A program made the translations under genes and the position numbers. DNA of 63,431 nucleotides, filler included, from Choristocarpus tenellus KU-1152 (Eukaryota; Protista; Phaeophyceae): the NCBI GenBank assembly GCA_964200185.2. It is 11 parts of 11 records of this genome, joined end to end, with 100 filler letters (N's around TTAATTAATTAA, not from the genome) between each part and the next. Parts side by side here need not be neighbours in the genome. Positions count along the whole stretch, not along the records: positions 9,647 to 14,783 come from CAXNAD020011754.1; positions 14,884 to 17,487 come from CAXNAD020026356.1; positions 17,588 to 23,972 come from CAXNAD020008252.1; positions 24,073 to 27,144 come from CAXNAD020022520.1; positions 27,245 to 31,512 come from CAXNAD020015382.1; 6 more parts are not named here. One strand, 5' to 3'. Positions 14,048 through 27,580 of this stretch are shown here, in pieces; position 1 is the stretch's first letter; each line of letters begins with the position of its first letter. The notes beneath the pieces are model-generated. The model was not told where the DNA came from. It searched no databases and saw only the letters and a list, made by a program, of their open reading frames with translations.

Positions 14048-15334
14048 GTGAGAGATGGCTACCCTCCTAATTTTCACCTCCACAAATATAATAGTATCAT
14101 TTTATCAGATCGATGTTGTCAAAGTCTGAGTAATTGAGGCGGAGGGTTCCGAATTTCTGTCGACGCATTCAGCCTGCATTCGAGAGTGCATGCGAGACTG
14201 AGATCCTTCGTATATGCGTGCATCTTGGTTGCCGTGACGAACCAACATCGAACGAACGGTATCCCCTCCCCCTTCTTTTGCAGTGGTTTCGTTGCAGGGA
14301 ACGTGTGCCATAAACCACATATGGAATTTGATTGTGCAGTGTTGAAATCGACTGGATCTGACTTGGTGTCGTTCAAGTGCAATTAGCATCTACACGTTCA
14401 TACAATTCAATTCCCCTCGTCTTCCCCTTTCTTCTTTTCTGAAGGGTGATACCCGAGGACGGATGCACCTCCATGTACGTAAACGTTGAAGATTCGAGCT
14501 CTACGCAAACCATTTGCTGTAGAGGGGGAGATGGCGATAACGATGGTGGGTCCTTTGTGAGTTTTGTAGCGTTATATATCGGTGATGGTATGGGAGGTTT
14601 TTTTTTTCATGCTGACCCTCAATGAGGAGTTATATTATATCAAAGATATGTCATAAATGACGAGGACGACGACTCTATACTGACGGTCGGCATTGGCCCA
14701 GGCACCGTTGGATGCAAGTTTTCCTATTTGGCAACCCAGCGCTGGGGTGTCCAACATACCCCCTGCCCTATAGCACCCTCCCCNNNNNNNNNNNNNNNNN
14801 NNNNNNNNNNNNNNNNNNNNNNNNNNNTTAATTAATTAANNNNNNNNNNNNNNNNNNNNNNNNNNNNNNNNNNNNNNNNNNNNGTGGTGCCCTGAAGTAT
14901 AAAACCGGACCTGACTATGGGGTACACTTAAGAAAAGAAAAAAAAAATGCCTCCAAAACAAACCAAAAAAAAAAAAAATCATACAATAAAGTGCATACGT
15001 ACGTTCTCTTTTCAACAAAAAGAATTTTCAAGCAGGGTAATTATTCCCTCACTACAGCAGCATTATTTTATATAGTACAACGAACACGCCCAAATATAAC
15101 CCTAACCCTAACCCAAACACGTACCACAAACAGTACAGTACACAAGCTGGAGCACGCACCATGACCAAACTCACCAATATTTTTTTTTTCCTTTTTGTTG
15201 TACCGTCTCAACAAATCACAAAACAAAAAATATATAGCAGAATCATTTTTACAACCCCCCCCCCCCCCCACCACCACCACCAACATCGTTCGTATTCATT
15301 CATTCACGTAAGTACACTAGGAAAGGACCTAACG

Positions 15335-15767
15335 TGTGTGATCAATGCCGTTTCCATATGAGGTGGTGGGTGTGATTCACTCAGGCAAGGCCCAGCCAGG
15401 AGAGAATCACAGGACAAGACGGACCAGACCCATCAAGACAAACCACACCAAGAGAGAACGAAATTAAGGTTGGGCAAGGACAAGAGGACAAGAGTGGAGA
15501 GAGGATGGCGAGGACCTCATGAGAGCATGGATCACCAGAGTGACAATACGTCACACCAACAGAATGAATCCCTCAACTCTTGGTATCTCTGGACAAAAAA
15601 AAAGGCCGCCTGCGGGATGGGTTTCTCGAAGAAATTCCGTGGATTTGTCTCACTCAAGATCCTCTGAATCCCTTGGTTCCTCATAGAGGAACCTCAGACA
15701 GTATGTCGGTATATGGCCCACGGTAATAACAATATGATATCAAACAAAACATGCTGAATTCCACACA
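15335..15767. mobile_element. Solo-LTR-like repeat
   Basis: TGTGTG...CACACA ends; homologous along its length to 32279-32680 (shared TTCACTCAGGCAAGG, ACGGACCAGAC, CGGTATATGG, TTCCACACA). Confidence 0.6.
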
Positions 15768-18649
15768 TTGTTTTTTTTAACAAAAAATAGATGTGACCTT
15801 TCTCCTTCAATATCTAACTTGGCGCTGCAATAAACCCTCCACAGAAATAGCAAAATTCACTAGTATTATTAGCGGTACAAAACAAAACAAAAAACAAAAA
15901 AAATAGCACACTCAAAAAAAAAAAATCAAGACCTCAATTTTTTTGTTTCCTAATCGCAGAGAGACTTGTACTCACTTTTTCTTTCTCTAGCTTAGTGTAG
16001 CCGCTCTGAAGACGCCTCCGACACACACAAGAACCCAGCGTGGAACAGTAACACTCCCTTACCAACAACACCAAAGCTCTTCAATACCAGACACGAAAAT
16101 GAATTAAGATACAGATCAAATTAATTAAGATACAGATCGCTCTCTGCAGGTGTGGGCTTGCCACATCGCTTAGTTTCTTACACCATTGCACGTTCTGAAA
16201 GTATCTACTTTGGCAGGGATTTTTCGGTGAACACTAATCTAGTTCTCCTGTTCAGCATGAATCAGTTAAAAGAGTCTTGCAGGGGCAGATCACCTGCGGG
16301 AGACTTGAACGCAAATGTAAAAACGCCTCCGAAGGGGACCTTAAGTAGTGATAAATGGGACCACAGAAGGAAATCTGCAGTTTCAAATGAAACATCTCCA
16401 CAACGAGAAACGCTACAAAATTGGAAATCTGGCACCCTCTTGCATGGGTCATGATAACCTCCCCTGCAAACATGCTGAACAAAGGAAGACAATGGAATAG
16501 TACTGCTGCTGGAATGGAAAAATTAAATTCAACTTTATTATACTCTAACAAATTGATGGTTCTGAAAAAATACACACACGCGCGCGCGCGCGCGCACATA
16601 AACATTCTATCCCTACTATAACTTACTACTAAACAGACCTCTCACTATGGGGTGATGTATTTTCAAACCCATATTGTTTTTTTTCTCATATTCAGTCGGA
16701 TTCTCTTGGTAGAGAGCTCCACCCCGGAAGGAATTCAAAACAATAAATTATCAAGTCACCAATCAATCTTTATCAATACTACTACCACAACAAACAAAAT
16801 GCTAACTACTTCCTAATAAAACCCTTTGACCAAAACATGTCACCAAGTAGCAACACCTGCTCTTATCTCCCCCCCCCCCCCCCCCCCCCCCCCCCCACCC
16901 CCCCCCCCCCCCCCCCCCCCCCACACCCCCACACCCNNNNNNNNNNAACAAAACCCCAACTCCTCACAAAAAAAACCCATAAACCAACAAAAAAAAACAA
17001 AAAAAAAAACCCCCTCTTACCTCCCCCCCCCCCCCCCCCCCCCCCCTTCACCCACCCACCCACAAGAAAAAACAGAAAAAACAGAAAAAAATACATAGAC
17101 ACATATACAAAGACATACATACGCAACACACACAAAAATAAAAAAATATAAACACAAAAACACTCACCTCCTTCCAATACTACACACCAAAGATCCCACC
17201 CTCTTCCCCATTCTCCACACAACAGCTGCCAATGCCAGCCACCCCCACCAGGGCACCACGTAAGACAGCAGCCACACTCCACAGGTAGACAGGGCATATG
17301 ATGCTACTACCCACATCCTGGTGCCATTGATACGCTCAGGCGGGGCAACCAAGACTGCTTTTGAGTGTGGTCAAAGGGCGTTTTGGAGGGAGGTAGGGGG
17401 GGGGGGGGGGGGGGGGGAAGGGAGGAAGGGGGAGGGGGGGGGGGGGAAAAGGGGGCCCACAAGGCCAGCAGAGAAAAAAAAAAAAAANNNNNNNNNNNNN
17501 NNNNNNNNNNNNNNNNNNNNNNNNNNNNNNNTTAATTAATTAANNNNNNNNNNNNNNNNNNNNNNNNNNNNNNNNNNNNNNNNNNNNTTTTTTTTTTTGG
17601 GGGGGGGGGGTGTAGCAACAGTTGAGTTATTTAATCTCTTCAGATATGTATTCCCTTTTAACTCACCATTTGCTAGATCTCTGAACACCTCTTGTTGTGA
17701 ACCCTATCTCCGTTAGCTGAGAGGGGAGTTGAGAAGATGGCGTGTACGTGTGCAATGAACCCTTTCTGTATTTTGGTTGCACAAAACGTCAAAGGACCTT
17801 GAGAAGCTTATCTCTTTCTTGTGGATACTTTTGTATCGTGTTGGGGTGGACTGTCGAAAGTCATCCTTGTGGATATCCTATGATATGATTGGATTGTGAA
17901 TAATTGAAACCGACTATTGAAGGGTAATTTTTTATTGGTTAGGTTTTGCGGCAGTTTGTACTGTGCGCTCTTCTTGTGGAGGTTGGTTCTTCATTTGTCT
18001 CACTTCTTGAAGTGGTTGCAAGTTTTTGATCGTGATTGAGTACTTCGAAGTTTTTTGAGCTGATTTTTGAATTGTTCTTGAAGGTGATCAAACTTTTGAT
18101 TCATAACACAAGACAAATCAAGAGGTACACACTGGCCCCTGCCCTCCTGCCACTGTTGACTGTGCCGTGAGGAGGACTGCTCTCGGGGGGAAAGTGGCAG
18201 GAGGCATGTACTATTTGTGTACAAGTTGTTGAATGTTTGTGTACTTCGAAGCATGTACTATTTGTCTTTTTTTCTGTGAGTTGATCAAACGATAAATCGA
18301 ACTGATTATTTTTAAATCTTATTTTTCCTTTTTTTATTAGTAGGATAGTAGTGCCTGCTACTGGGTGTGTTTCTGGCCTGTGAAAACAGGTATCTGATAG
18401 TGATGGGCATTTCTGTGCACTGCAATATATACGCAATTGTTGATCAAAATAGAAACAAGGCAGTGACAGGAGGGAGGATGATATGATGCCATTGGACACA
18501 TTTGGTCATCAGGACTTAGGGCATTTGGATAGAAGGTACCTGACTGTGATGTTGTTGGATTGATAGTAGTTGAATCAACGAAGCACTCATTTTTTTCTTA
18601 AAGTGCTCTAACTCTAACACTGAATTGTTTTGCGGGCCTTGGGCTGTGC

Positions 18650-18722
18650 TACCCTAAAACTGTTAACTGCTACCCTAAAACTGTTAACCCTAACCCTAAA
18701 ACTGTTAACCCTAACCCTAAAA
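18650..18722. repeat. Short tandem repeat containing telomere-like CCCTAA units
   Basis: Repeats of (TAACCC)TAACCCTAAAACTGT. Confidence 0.7.
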
Positions 18723-18969
18723 CTACACCGCTTTTCCTTAATCTTAAGACCAAGCAGTTCCTCTCCAGCCTTCACCATGTGCTAGTCTGACACCAACTAG
18801 TTTTTTTTTCCGCTAACCCCAAGACTGAGTGTCATTGTTGTGCCTTCTCCCTGACCCTTTTTTTGTTACAAATGGTCTGCATGTATGTTTGTGTACTACT
18901 ATGTGTACCTCCACAATGTGAACATGTATGTTGTCCTCTGTCTCTTGTTCTGTTGCTGTATTTTCACAG

Positions 18970-20000
18970 GCCCAAAAACTTGCATCAGATGAATTGAAGG
19001 GAGATGTGAGGAAGGGGGGGGGGCAGGCAGAAGTGTACGGCACGTTCCTCCTACAGCAGATGGTCACGCCCTCTGGACTCAGGACTGTTGAGGAGCTGCC
19101 AAGTCAATTTATGTGGGAAACCCTGGCCCGGTTTGAGAAACGCCTCCGGGAATACATCCAGGTACATAGTAGGTACTCCAGGTTGGCCACAGAGCTCAGA
19201 ATCGTGCTACAGGTCAAGTTTGAAGTTTGTATTCTAAGGCTGAGTTTGTGATTCTGTTTGTATGTGTGTGGGTATGGGAGGAGTACTTATGGTGTCTCGA
19301 GGATGGTGTGAGTGCTTGCTCTCTCTTTGGATGAAATGTGTGTGTACATGCCCTTATAGATGTGGTTGCTCACATCTCCTGATAGTGTCCATGATACCTT
19401 CTTGTTGCATGGGAGAGGATTTCGGTTGAGGAGAAGATGCATAGATCTTCCAGAAGATAGTTACTACAGATCAGAAATTTTAGTGAGAAATGGGCAACAG
19501 TTTCGAGTTCTTGTGTTTTTTTATAACTTAACATACTATACGAGTGGGCAGGTTGTAGATGTGGATAGCATGTTAAGGTTGGCATATAGAGGTTTCTTTA
19601 ACCTAGGAGGTGTGTTACAGTATGTGTTTCATACAATCTTTGCTTTTGTTTGTTACGTACACTTGTCCTGCTCCGTACCTGTACAGTGGATAGTCTACCA
19701 AGACTAACTTGCCCACCCCATCATATCTGAATCAAGAGCGGGTTGGACTTTAGTTTAATATTTTGTGCTCAATATGAGAGGTGAATTCCTAATATTTGAA
19801 CTGAACACGTCGTAGGAGTTGAAAATATGTACATAGATATTTCCCATAAGTATATATATATACATACATACATACATACGTACGTACGTACGTACATATA
19901 CACATACATACATATATACATACATACATACATATACACATACATATACACATACATATACACATACATACATATATACATACATACGTACATATACACA

Positions 20001-20034
<34 letters not shown>

Positions 20035-21582
20035 CATACATACGTACATATACACATACATACGTACGTACGTACGTACATATACACATACATACATACA
20101 TACATACATACATACATACATACATACATACATACATACATACACACATACATAGCTTCGTCGGTCATGGGTGGAGCTCAGGAGATTGAGACTATCCGGC
20201 AACAGCTACAGGCACAGGACTTGCAGGATGGTGGGGGGATGGGTGGGATGGGTGAGGCATTGGCCAGTCCAGCATATGGCCAGCGGGAGAGGGTGACACC
20301 AGAGCGTCTGGGTCTAATAATCAGGGATCAGATGAAGACGTTCCACCATGTGAGATAGTGGGATGGATTTGGTGTTTGTGTACACTTCAGGGAGAACAGT
20401 CACACAATATTAATTCATGCGAATCAAATAAGGGGTGTAGTAATTTTTTTTTTCCAGAATAGAAGAGATAACATACTATTTATTGCTTTGGGCGTATCTT
20501 TGTTGGAGGGCTTGACTTTTTTTCCCATTCCCCTCCCCTCCCATATTCCCCCGTCTAAACAGCATGACTCTTTCCTATCTCTACATGTTTTTTGTTAGTC
20601 AAACACTGCCTGCAATACATTGGCACCTCTATCAGTCAATCTCCTCTCCCCACCCTCTTGAAAATCCCCTCTTCAGTAATGAAAAATGTCAGAACTCACA
20701 TGCCGATCTTCCTGTAGATTGTTTACATGGTTATACCCTGCCTCTTTCCCCCCCCCCCACAGTGTTGTGTACTTGTAAGTTACTTGGGAGTTTTGTGACA
20801 GTTTTTAGACATGCACTTGTTGGCTGCACATGTGTACAGTCTGCTATTCTTACTATTTGTGATTCCCTGCATGACAACAGGTGGCGGGTCATGTTGCCTC
20901 AACGCATGAGAAAGTTGAGGCCCTTCGAGTACGCCACAAGGCGACATACGGCGATGACCCATTTGATCGGGCAGAACGCAGGGAACGTGAGGCCCAACGC
21001 CGCCTTGAGAAAAAGATGCGTGCCCAGGCCCCCCCTCCCCCTAACCCCCAGCCTGGCTTGTCTTTGCTGGTGCAACAGCAACAGCCAGTGCCAGCGGCGC
21101 CAGCTCCAGGACTTGCACCATCAGCATTTGGGGGACTCTTTGGGTCCAGCGCTGCGGCACCAGCTGGTGCTACACCAGCCCCTGGTGGATCACTTTTTGG
21201 AGCCTCACCATCAACGGCCTTCGCTCCAGCACCAGCCCCCGGATTTGGTGGGCTGTTTGGCACGCCTGCTCCCGCCCCAGGGCCTGCTGTGGGGGGGTTG
21301 TTTGGTGTGGCAGCACCAGTGCCAGTACCAGCACCAGCAACATTTGGCGCAGCACCAGCAGCAGGAGGAGGGTTGTCGTTTGGGACTGCAGGAAAACCAG
21401 CAGCAGCCGGGGGGTTCGGGTTTGGTTCTGGTGCTGCTGGGGCGACTCCTGCCTCGGCGCCACAGGTACATTTTGGTGCTGCGCCAGCTCCAGCAGCAAC
21501 AACAAACGTGTTTGGGACAAGCAGCACTAGTAGTGGCACAAGCACGCATAAGAAGAAGAGCAAGGGTAGGAACAAGAGATAG
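18970..21582 (+). CDS. NUP58: FG nucleoporin Nup58/p45 (Nup49 family), 3' portion; exons 18970-19161, 20182-20349, 20881-21582
   Basis: LPSQFMWETLARFEKRLREYIQEIE...FHHVAGHVASTHEKVE...DPF coiled-coil pattern, then GGLFG/FG repeats and a basic tail; phase-0 GT-AG introns. Confidence 0.82.
19855..20152. repeat. Intronic compound (TACA/TA/TACG)n microsatellite
   Basis: Directly visible. Confidence 0.95.
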
Positions 21583-23631
21583 TGGTTTCATGGTATGGCA
21601 TGCATGTGGGGCGGATGGGCTCTTCCTGGTGGGTAAGGGTCGACAGACAGCAGTGGAGATAAAAACATTCTTGGTAGGAGTATGTAGTTTATTTTTTGGG
21701 GTGAGGAAGCAGAGGACAGGATGGAGCAAGGCGATGGTTTTCGTCACTACTATTGTGGTTTGTTTCTAATTTTTTTCCTGGAAGTTGCTCTGCTGAGCTT
21801 TAACTGCTTTGAGGTTGGAATATTCCACTTTAGTACCTGATGAGTATTTGTGCAAGGATAGTGTTTTGATCCCTCATCACTGTGTTTGTTAGTTCAGTAG
21901 ATTCAAACCAAAAGTCAGGGATCAGCCTAAAGGCCATCAAAGAATGCATTTCTTTGTATTTTAGGAGCAACTTGCAATATGTATGCAACATTGTTGATAT
22001 TTGCTCTTTCTGTGTATGAGGGCAAGGCTCAGGGCATATTGTTACTGCTGTTGATGGTGTGGTCCTGTTCTCGGCTGTTTGTTCTTGTTGTCAATGGAGT
22101 TGCTTGATTGCTGTAAATATGCAAGTGTAACTTGAATATGGGTGCTGCTCGACTTGGAAGGAACAACAGGATTGTTGTTGTTAGAAGCGAATGAATGCTG
22201 GGTTTATGTGCTCTGCACCATCCTTTTTTCATGATCTGTAATGGAGTACTTGGAAAGTGGAAGTACGCAATAGGAATCTAGAGAGGGATGCAAATAGGAC
22301 CCAATAATTGGATGACCCAAAGGTTTTGATGGAAAATTGGATGTTGCAAACAAATTTGTAGGGTTTACACAACAAAATGATGGCATGATGTATTTTACCG
22401 ATGGTATTACCTAAATTCGTGTACATTTTGGTTTCTGTTGCACTCATATTGTTCTGCTGAATGAGCTAGTCGCAACCCTATTTATATCCCCTGCATAGGA
22501 GGAGAAAAGGGAAGGGGGAACCGTGGACTTGCCACCAAAATGTGTTGTCAGAGAATAGTCATCTTTAGTACGCCTTTTTGAGTTGAAATCGTGTCGTGGT
22601 CTATTGCAAAGGTCTGTTGGATGAAGTGACCTTGCCAACAGATTGATCTCTCTCTCTCTCTCTCTCTCGATAAGATTTGCCTTCTTTCTTTAGTTACTGG
22701 TGTTGCGAAATTTTGATTAAAAAAGGATGGTCAGAGTCTCCGTACGTCTAAAAATATATATATAATTGGCACCAAAAAAAATTCAAGTGGAATGATTTAT
22801 AAGTAGGTCCCTCTGGGAGGTGATGAACCCCTTAGGGGTTGTGCGCGGGGCAAAGTGTGAGAGGAGAGGAGGGAGTGTGGCACAACTTTTTGCGTCTTTG
22901 CGCACGAGGGAGCTTGTTATTACCTTGAAGTCAAGGTGTGGGGTCGAAATTTGACCTACATAAGAACTTTTTGATTTGCTTCTTTTGTTGAGAAAAACTT
23001 GTTAAAAATGGACTTTTCAACGTCAATCATTCCCTACAACGAATTACATTAAACCAATATCACGATCGTTAGTAGAACAGTCTCATGGTCAGATCAAATA
23101 TCCCAGCCAAACATTCTGTGTAAATTGGTGAGAGTAGGTCGCTTCCTTATCGGGTAATAATGTTGAGTTACTAGCGTCTGCCAGGTATTTAAAATATGCT
23201 CCAAGCTGATCCTGTTTGGCTTTGGCTAGAATTTCACTATCAATTAATTGCTAGAAAAATATTGATGGAGCTAATGAAGAACTCAGTCAGTTGTCACCCT
23301 AGTGATTTCACCTAGTCGATCCACAGACAAACCATAGACAGGATATACTGTACTCGCTTGAGAAGTTGCATTGGTGGTTTCTACTCCCACATTTCGACAT
23401 TCGTTAGGGTTCCTGGTTCAGATTAATGTTTACAGAACTCTTCCAGTTGAGAACGTGACAACATATTTGGGATGTAACGAAATCTGCCAGGCTTATGAAG
23501 GGTGGAGAAATCAAATCTTTGCAGAGCTAGGACCCATCGATTTAACAGATTGGTCATGTCTTGCATCGTATTCAGTAATCATAAGGATGAATGGTCACTA
23601 AAACTGTGAAATGTTTACCCCAAATAATGTA

Positions 23632-23889
23632 GAGTGAAAGTATCATAGAGGGCACGAGTTTTTCCCTGTTTGACCATTCGAGGCTTGACTTCCCACGGGT
23701 TTTTAATGACATTTTACCTACTCCAAAATGCTTCGGAGTAGGTAAAATGTTTCCGTTATGAAAAGGTGTGTCCAGGACAAGGATATTGATATCTCCTAAC
23801 AAATATGATAGCCAAAATCAATCAAAATCGCAACGTGGGGTTTTGGTCCCCGAATGGATACGGCCCTACCCTCTAAGATAATTTGACTC
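23632..23889. mobile_element. MITE-like family A copy
   Basis: GAGTGAAAGTATCATAGAGGGCA ... TACCCTCTAAGATAATTTGACTC terminal inverted repeats. Confidence 0.8.
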
Positions 23890-26004
23890 TGTATGGTCTC
23901 CAGTGTTGAATTGCCCGAATAACTGGCCCAAGGTATCTGGGGGGGGGGGGGATCTACAACAAAGTCCATTCGNNNNNNNNNNNNNNNNNNNNNNNNNNNN
24001 NNNNNNNNNNNNNNNNTTAATTAATTAANNNNNNNNNNNNNNNNNNNNNNNNNNNNNNNNNNNNNNNNNNNNGGAAGTAATTTCAGATTACTTTGATTAG
24101 TCATTCACGGAATATAATTGATTTGGTGGCAATGACACCCCCTTTGGGGTTTGAAGGTCACTCTCCTTTCTTGCACCTTCCTTACTTAATGTGCAACCTG
24201 TTCTACATAATGAGGAAATAATGGAGTTATTTACACACACAAGTCTTGGCAACACCAGTTTCTTTAACATGCAGCATCGGAATAGTGTTCTGGATTGAGT
24301 TGGTCACACCAACTGTTGCTTGTGGTACGGTAGGCTTCATCCGATTTGAGAGTCCAAGTAAAAGAAATGTACCCAGGTTTTGGCCGTTTTGCATTATAAG
24401 CCACTTTTTCATATTTTGCTATTCGCCCTTGTTTTTATGGTTGAAGTACCAAGATTGGCACAAGACTGTTGATTTCTTTGTTGTTTAAAAAAGTTGGACT
24501 CTTCATTTTATAAAAAAAAGTTCCTAACCGCATTATAACAAAAGGTCGAATTTTGGACGAAATTGTTAGCGCACCTTTCGTTTACTTTGACTCTGAGTTC
24601 TTCTCATGTAAGCTCTGGGTTTTGTATTATTTCAGGGTTACGTTCTCTTTGTTTGTATTCATCTTGGACTTCTTATGTCCTCATTACTAGCTTTGTGTTA
24701 TGTTTATAACTTTGATATGAATAATCAATTGCAGCAGTAACACCCATAGCAACTTTACCTAATATAAGGCTATTGCTACTTTTCGATGTTGGCTAAGCTC
24801 TGTTACGACCGCAAGTAGAAGTAATGTAACTGATATAGCAAAAGCTAAGATCAAAGAAATTTCAACACATCCATTTCAGTAGCTCAACGTAAAATTTTGA
24901 TAGAGAGAAAGTCGGCCAACTCCCTTTACTAAGAAGGTTTTGGAGACTTGTGGTTATATGCTTTCTCCTGTAAAAATATAATCTCCACTCAGAGATTATA
25001 AGGAGGAAATTACCATAACAATGGCTGCAAGAAAACTGAGCTAAAGCATTGTATTTCATTACTTTGGAAAGGGGGTACAAGCAATGCTTGATCAAGATCA
25101 ATATTACCTGAATTTTCAACAGATAAATACGATTTCACACCTACTATCGCGAAAATTGGGGGAACAATCCAGATAGTGTTAAGAGTTAAAAGTAAAAACG
25201 TAAAGAAATCTAGTGACAACTTTAGAATCGACTAGCAGTCCATTTTATAGCAGTTCATAGAGACAGCAGGTGACGATATGGAGGTATTTGTAGTCCCCGC
25301 AACGCGATAAGGATGGGAATTGATCTTGATCAGTGGTGAAAGGGACTGGATACATGTGCCAAAAACATCCAAGAACAGACCCAAAGCAAATGATCTCAGC
25401 CACTATATGAACGTTTGAGCATGGGATGGCGCATGTTATCTCTCCGTTGACTCAGATTTGTTCCATTAATGGTATGGTGAGTTCACATATGCTGAAATAT
25501 CCAGTCACGCAGCTAATTGATTCATTGTACCTCGTCCAAATAGAAAGGAGCAAGTTCAAGAAGAAAACAGTCCAAACTGAAAACGTGTGTGCTGGATATT
25601 GGAGGTACTGACTTAATGCAATTCCCTGCTCGTAGCTCACCGAAAAGGAACCTTGTGTGGAGATGTCTTCTGGGCAGGTGGGGGCACGGCAGTGCAGCTT
25701 AGCCTTTCGCACTACCATCCACGAGGCCCTTACACCTTCACCTTGGCAGGTCTTGGGCTTGCCACAGAATAGGCGCCCGGCCTTGGATGAGATGGATGCC
25801 TTGACTCCCCACCGTGAGCCACCATCAGACTGCCGATTCCGATTTGGTGTGGTAGAGGTGGAAGTGAAAGGAAAGGAGTAGGGAGGTATGAGGGAGGTGA
25901 ACACCGAGGCATAAGCAGAATAAGGTGGAGGGAGAAGTATTCTAGGAGACTACTTGCCCTACTCTGCGTGTTGGCCCCCTCTTTACCAGAATCATTTGGA
26001 GAGA

Positions 26005-26633
26005 TGTGACATCAGGACAGTAAGGTAGTGAGATTGGTGCGACAAATAACTACGAGCGACTCATTCACTCACTGGTGTCGATGCATCCCTGAGCGAAGGC
26101 AAGCTGAACACAAAGACGAAAATAAGTAGTAACTTCATGCTGACCGAGAGCTCGCAAGCCCTCCCCATCAAAGTATGAATGGTAGGATCTGCGCAGGAAA
26201 GAAAATCGTTGGTTTTACATGGAGAATTATGAAACTTGTGCGTGCGGTATGCACGAGCGAACGATCCTGCGAGGCGAGTAGGAGGAGACAGATAACTACT
26301 AGCTCTAGTGAACGAACCCTGCTCAAACTAAAATTTTGCACTTTTACGCTGGAGTAGGAGGAACGTCCCGACTCTATTACCAATGATTCACTTAGGTTGT
26401 AGTGGTATAGACAGCAGTAACCTTTCACCCTCCTTGGGCTTTCTTTCTTCGATGCTGCGTGCAGTCAGGACGCCATATGCTTGTGGTTACTGCACTGGGA
26501 ACTACTACATGACTGAAGTGAACCTTTATGCGAAATAGTGTCCCTAACGATAGCGAAGAGCGGCCAACCAGAAGGCACACCGAACAGAAAGAAGAACAAG
26601 AGCAATGATTAAATTTCAAGATGTTACGTTACA
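26005..26633. mobile_element. Possible LTR with adjacent decayed retroelement-like sequence
   Basis: TGTGAC...GTTACA termini; no target-site duplication seen. Confidence 0.3.
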
Positions 26634-26772
26634 TTGGGTATTGTTCTCCTGAACTATAGAAGACAGATGGTATATAACGCACACACTAACTCAGTCTTCC
26701 CGTCAGTTTGTTCGATTAGACTCTTCCAACTCTATCGGACAGTTACGGTAAAATATGTATGGAGTAATGGAA

Positions 26773-27030
26773 GATTGAAAGTATCTTAGAGGGTATGATT
26801 TATACCCTGTTTGTCCATTTGGTGCTTGGCTTCCCTTGGGGTTTTTATGACATTTTCCTACTCCAAAATGTTTCGAAGCAGATAAAACTGATACATCCTG
26901 AAAAGGTGTGTCCGGAGCAAGGATATTGACACTTTCTAACAAACATGATAGCCAAAATTACATCAAAATCGCAACATTGGATTTTGACCCCCAAATGGAC
27001 ACGGATCTACCCTCTAAGATACTTTGACTA
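26773..27030. mobile_element. MITE-like family A copy
   Basis: AAAGTATCTTAGAGGGTA ... TACCCTCTAAGATACTTT, a perfect 18-bp inverted repeat. Confidence 0.85.
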
Positions 27031-27580
27031 GGAACAATCAATTAGTGGTTGAGTTATCAGAACCTTTTACTAGTGATTAGTTTATGGGAAATTTCTCATA
27101 TGAAAAGGAAATATTTCCGTTGTTATGGAGTGCTGCATGCCCCANNNNNNNNNNNNNNNNNNNNNNNNNNNNNNNNNNNNNNNNNNNNTTAATTAATTAA
27201 NNNNNNNNNNNNNNNNNNNNNNNNNNNNNNNNNNNNNNNNNNNNGCCCTTTTACTGGTGTTGGTCTAAATTGACACTTCGGTGAAGACCCCCCCCCCCCA
27301 GATACTTTGGGTCATTTTTCGGAGTAAAACGAGTGGGAAGGAAACGATCTATAGCCTGTTTGAATGGATTTGCCGAGAGGACATAATGCATGCCTTCAAG
27401 CTACACTTGATCTTGCTGTCCGTTTACACTGCCTGCAACAGAAACAATCTAAGGGTGAGAATCATTGTCAGGAGGGGTAGAGGTACACCTCCATGAATCC
27501 ACCTTAACACTTTATCAGCTAGTAGGGAAAGGGGCAGACAAAGGATTCTGAATTTGAATTTAGGTGGGTGCTTCACTCAC

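Noticed and set aside
16826-17539. Poly-Pro/poly-Gly ORFs
   Set aside because: Low-quality homopolymer sequence around N gaps
19755-20202. Long MYVC/YIHT ORFs
   Set aside because: Translations of an intronic microsatellite
20564-21769. 401-aa plus-strand ORF and overlapping minus-strand ORFs
   Set aside because: Alternative-frame shadows of the GC-rich FG-repeat exon of NUP58
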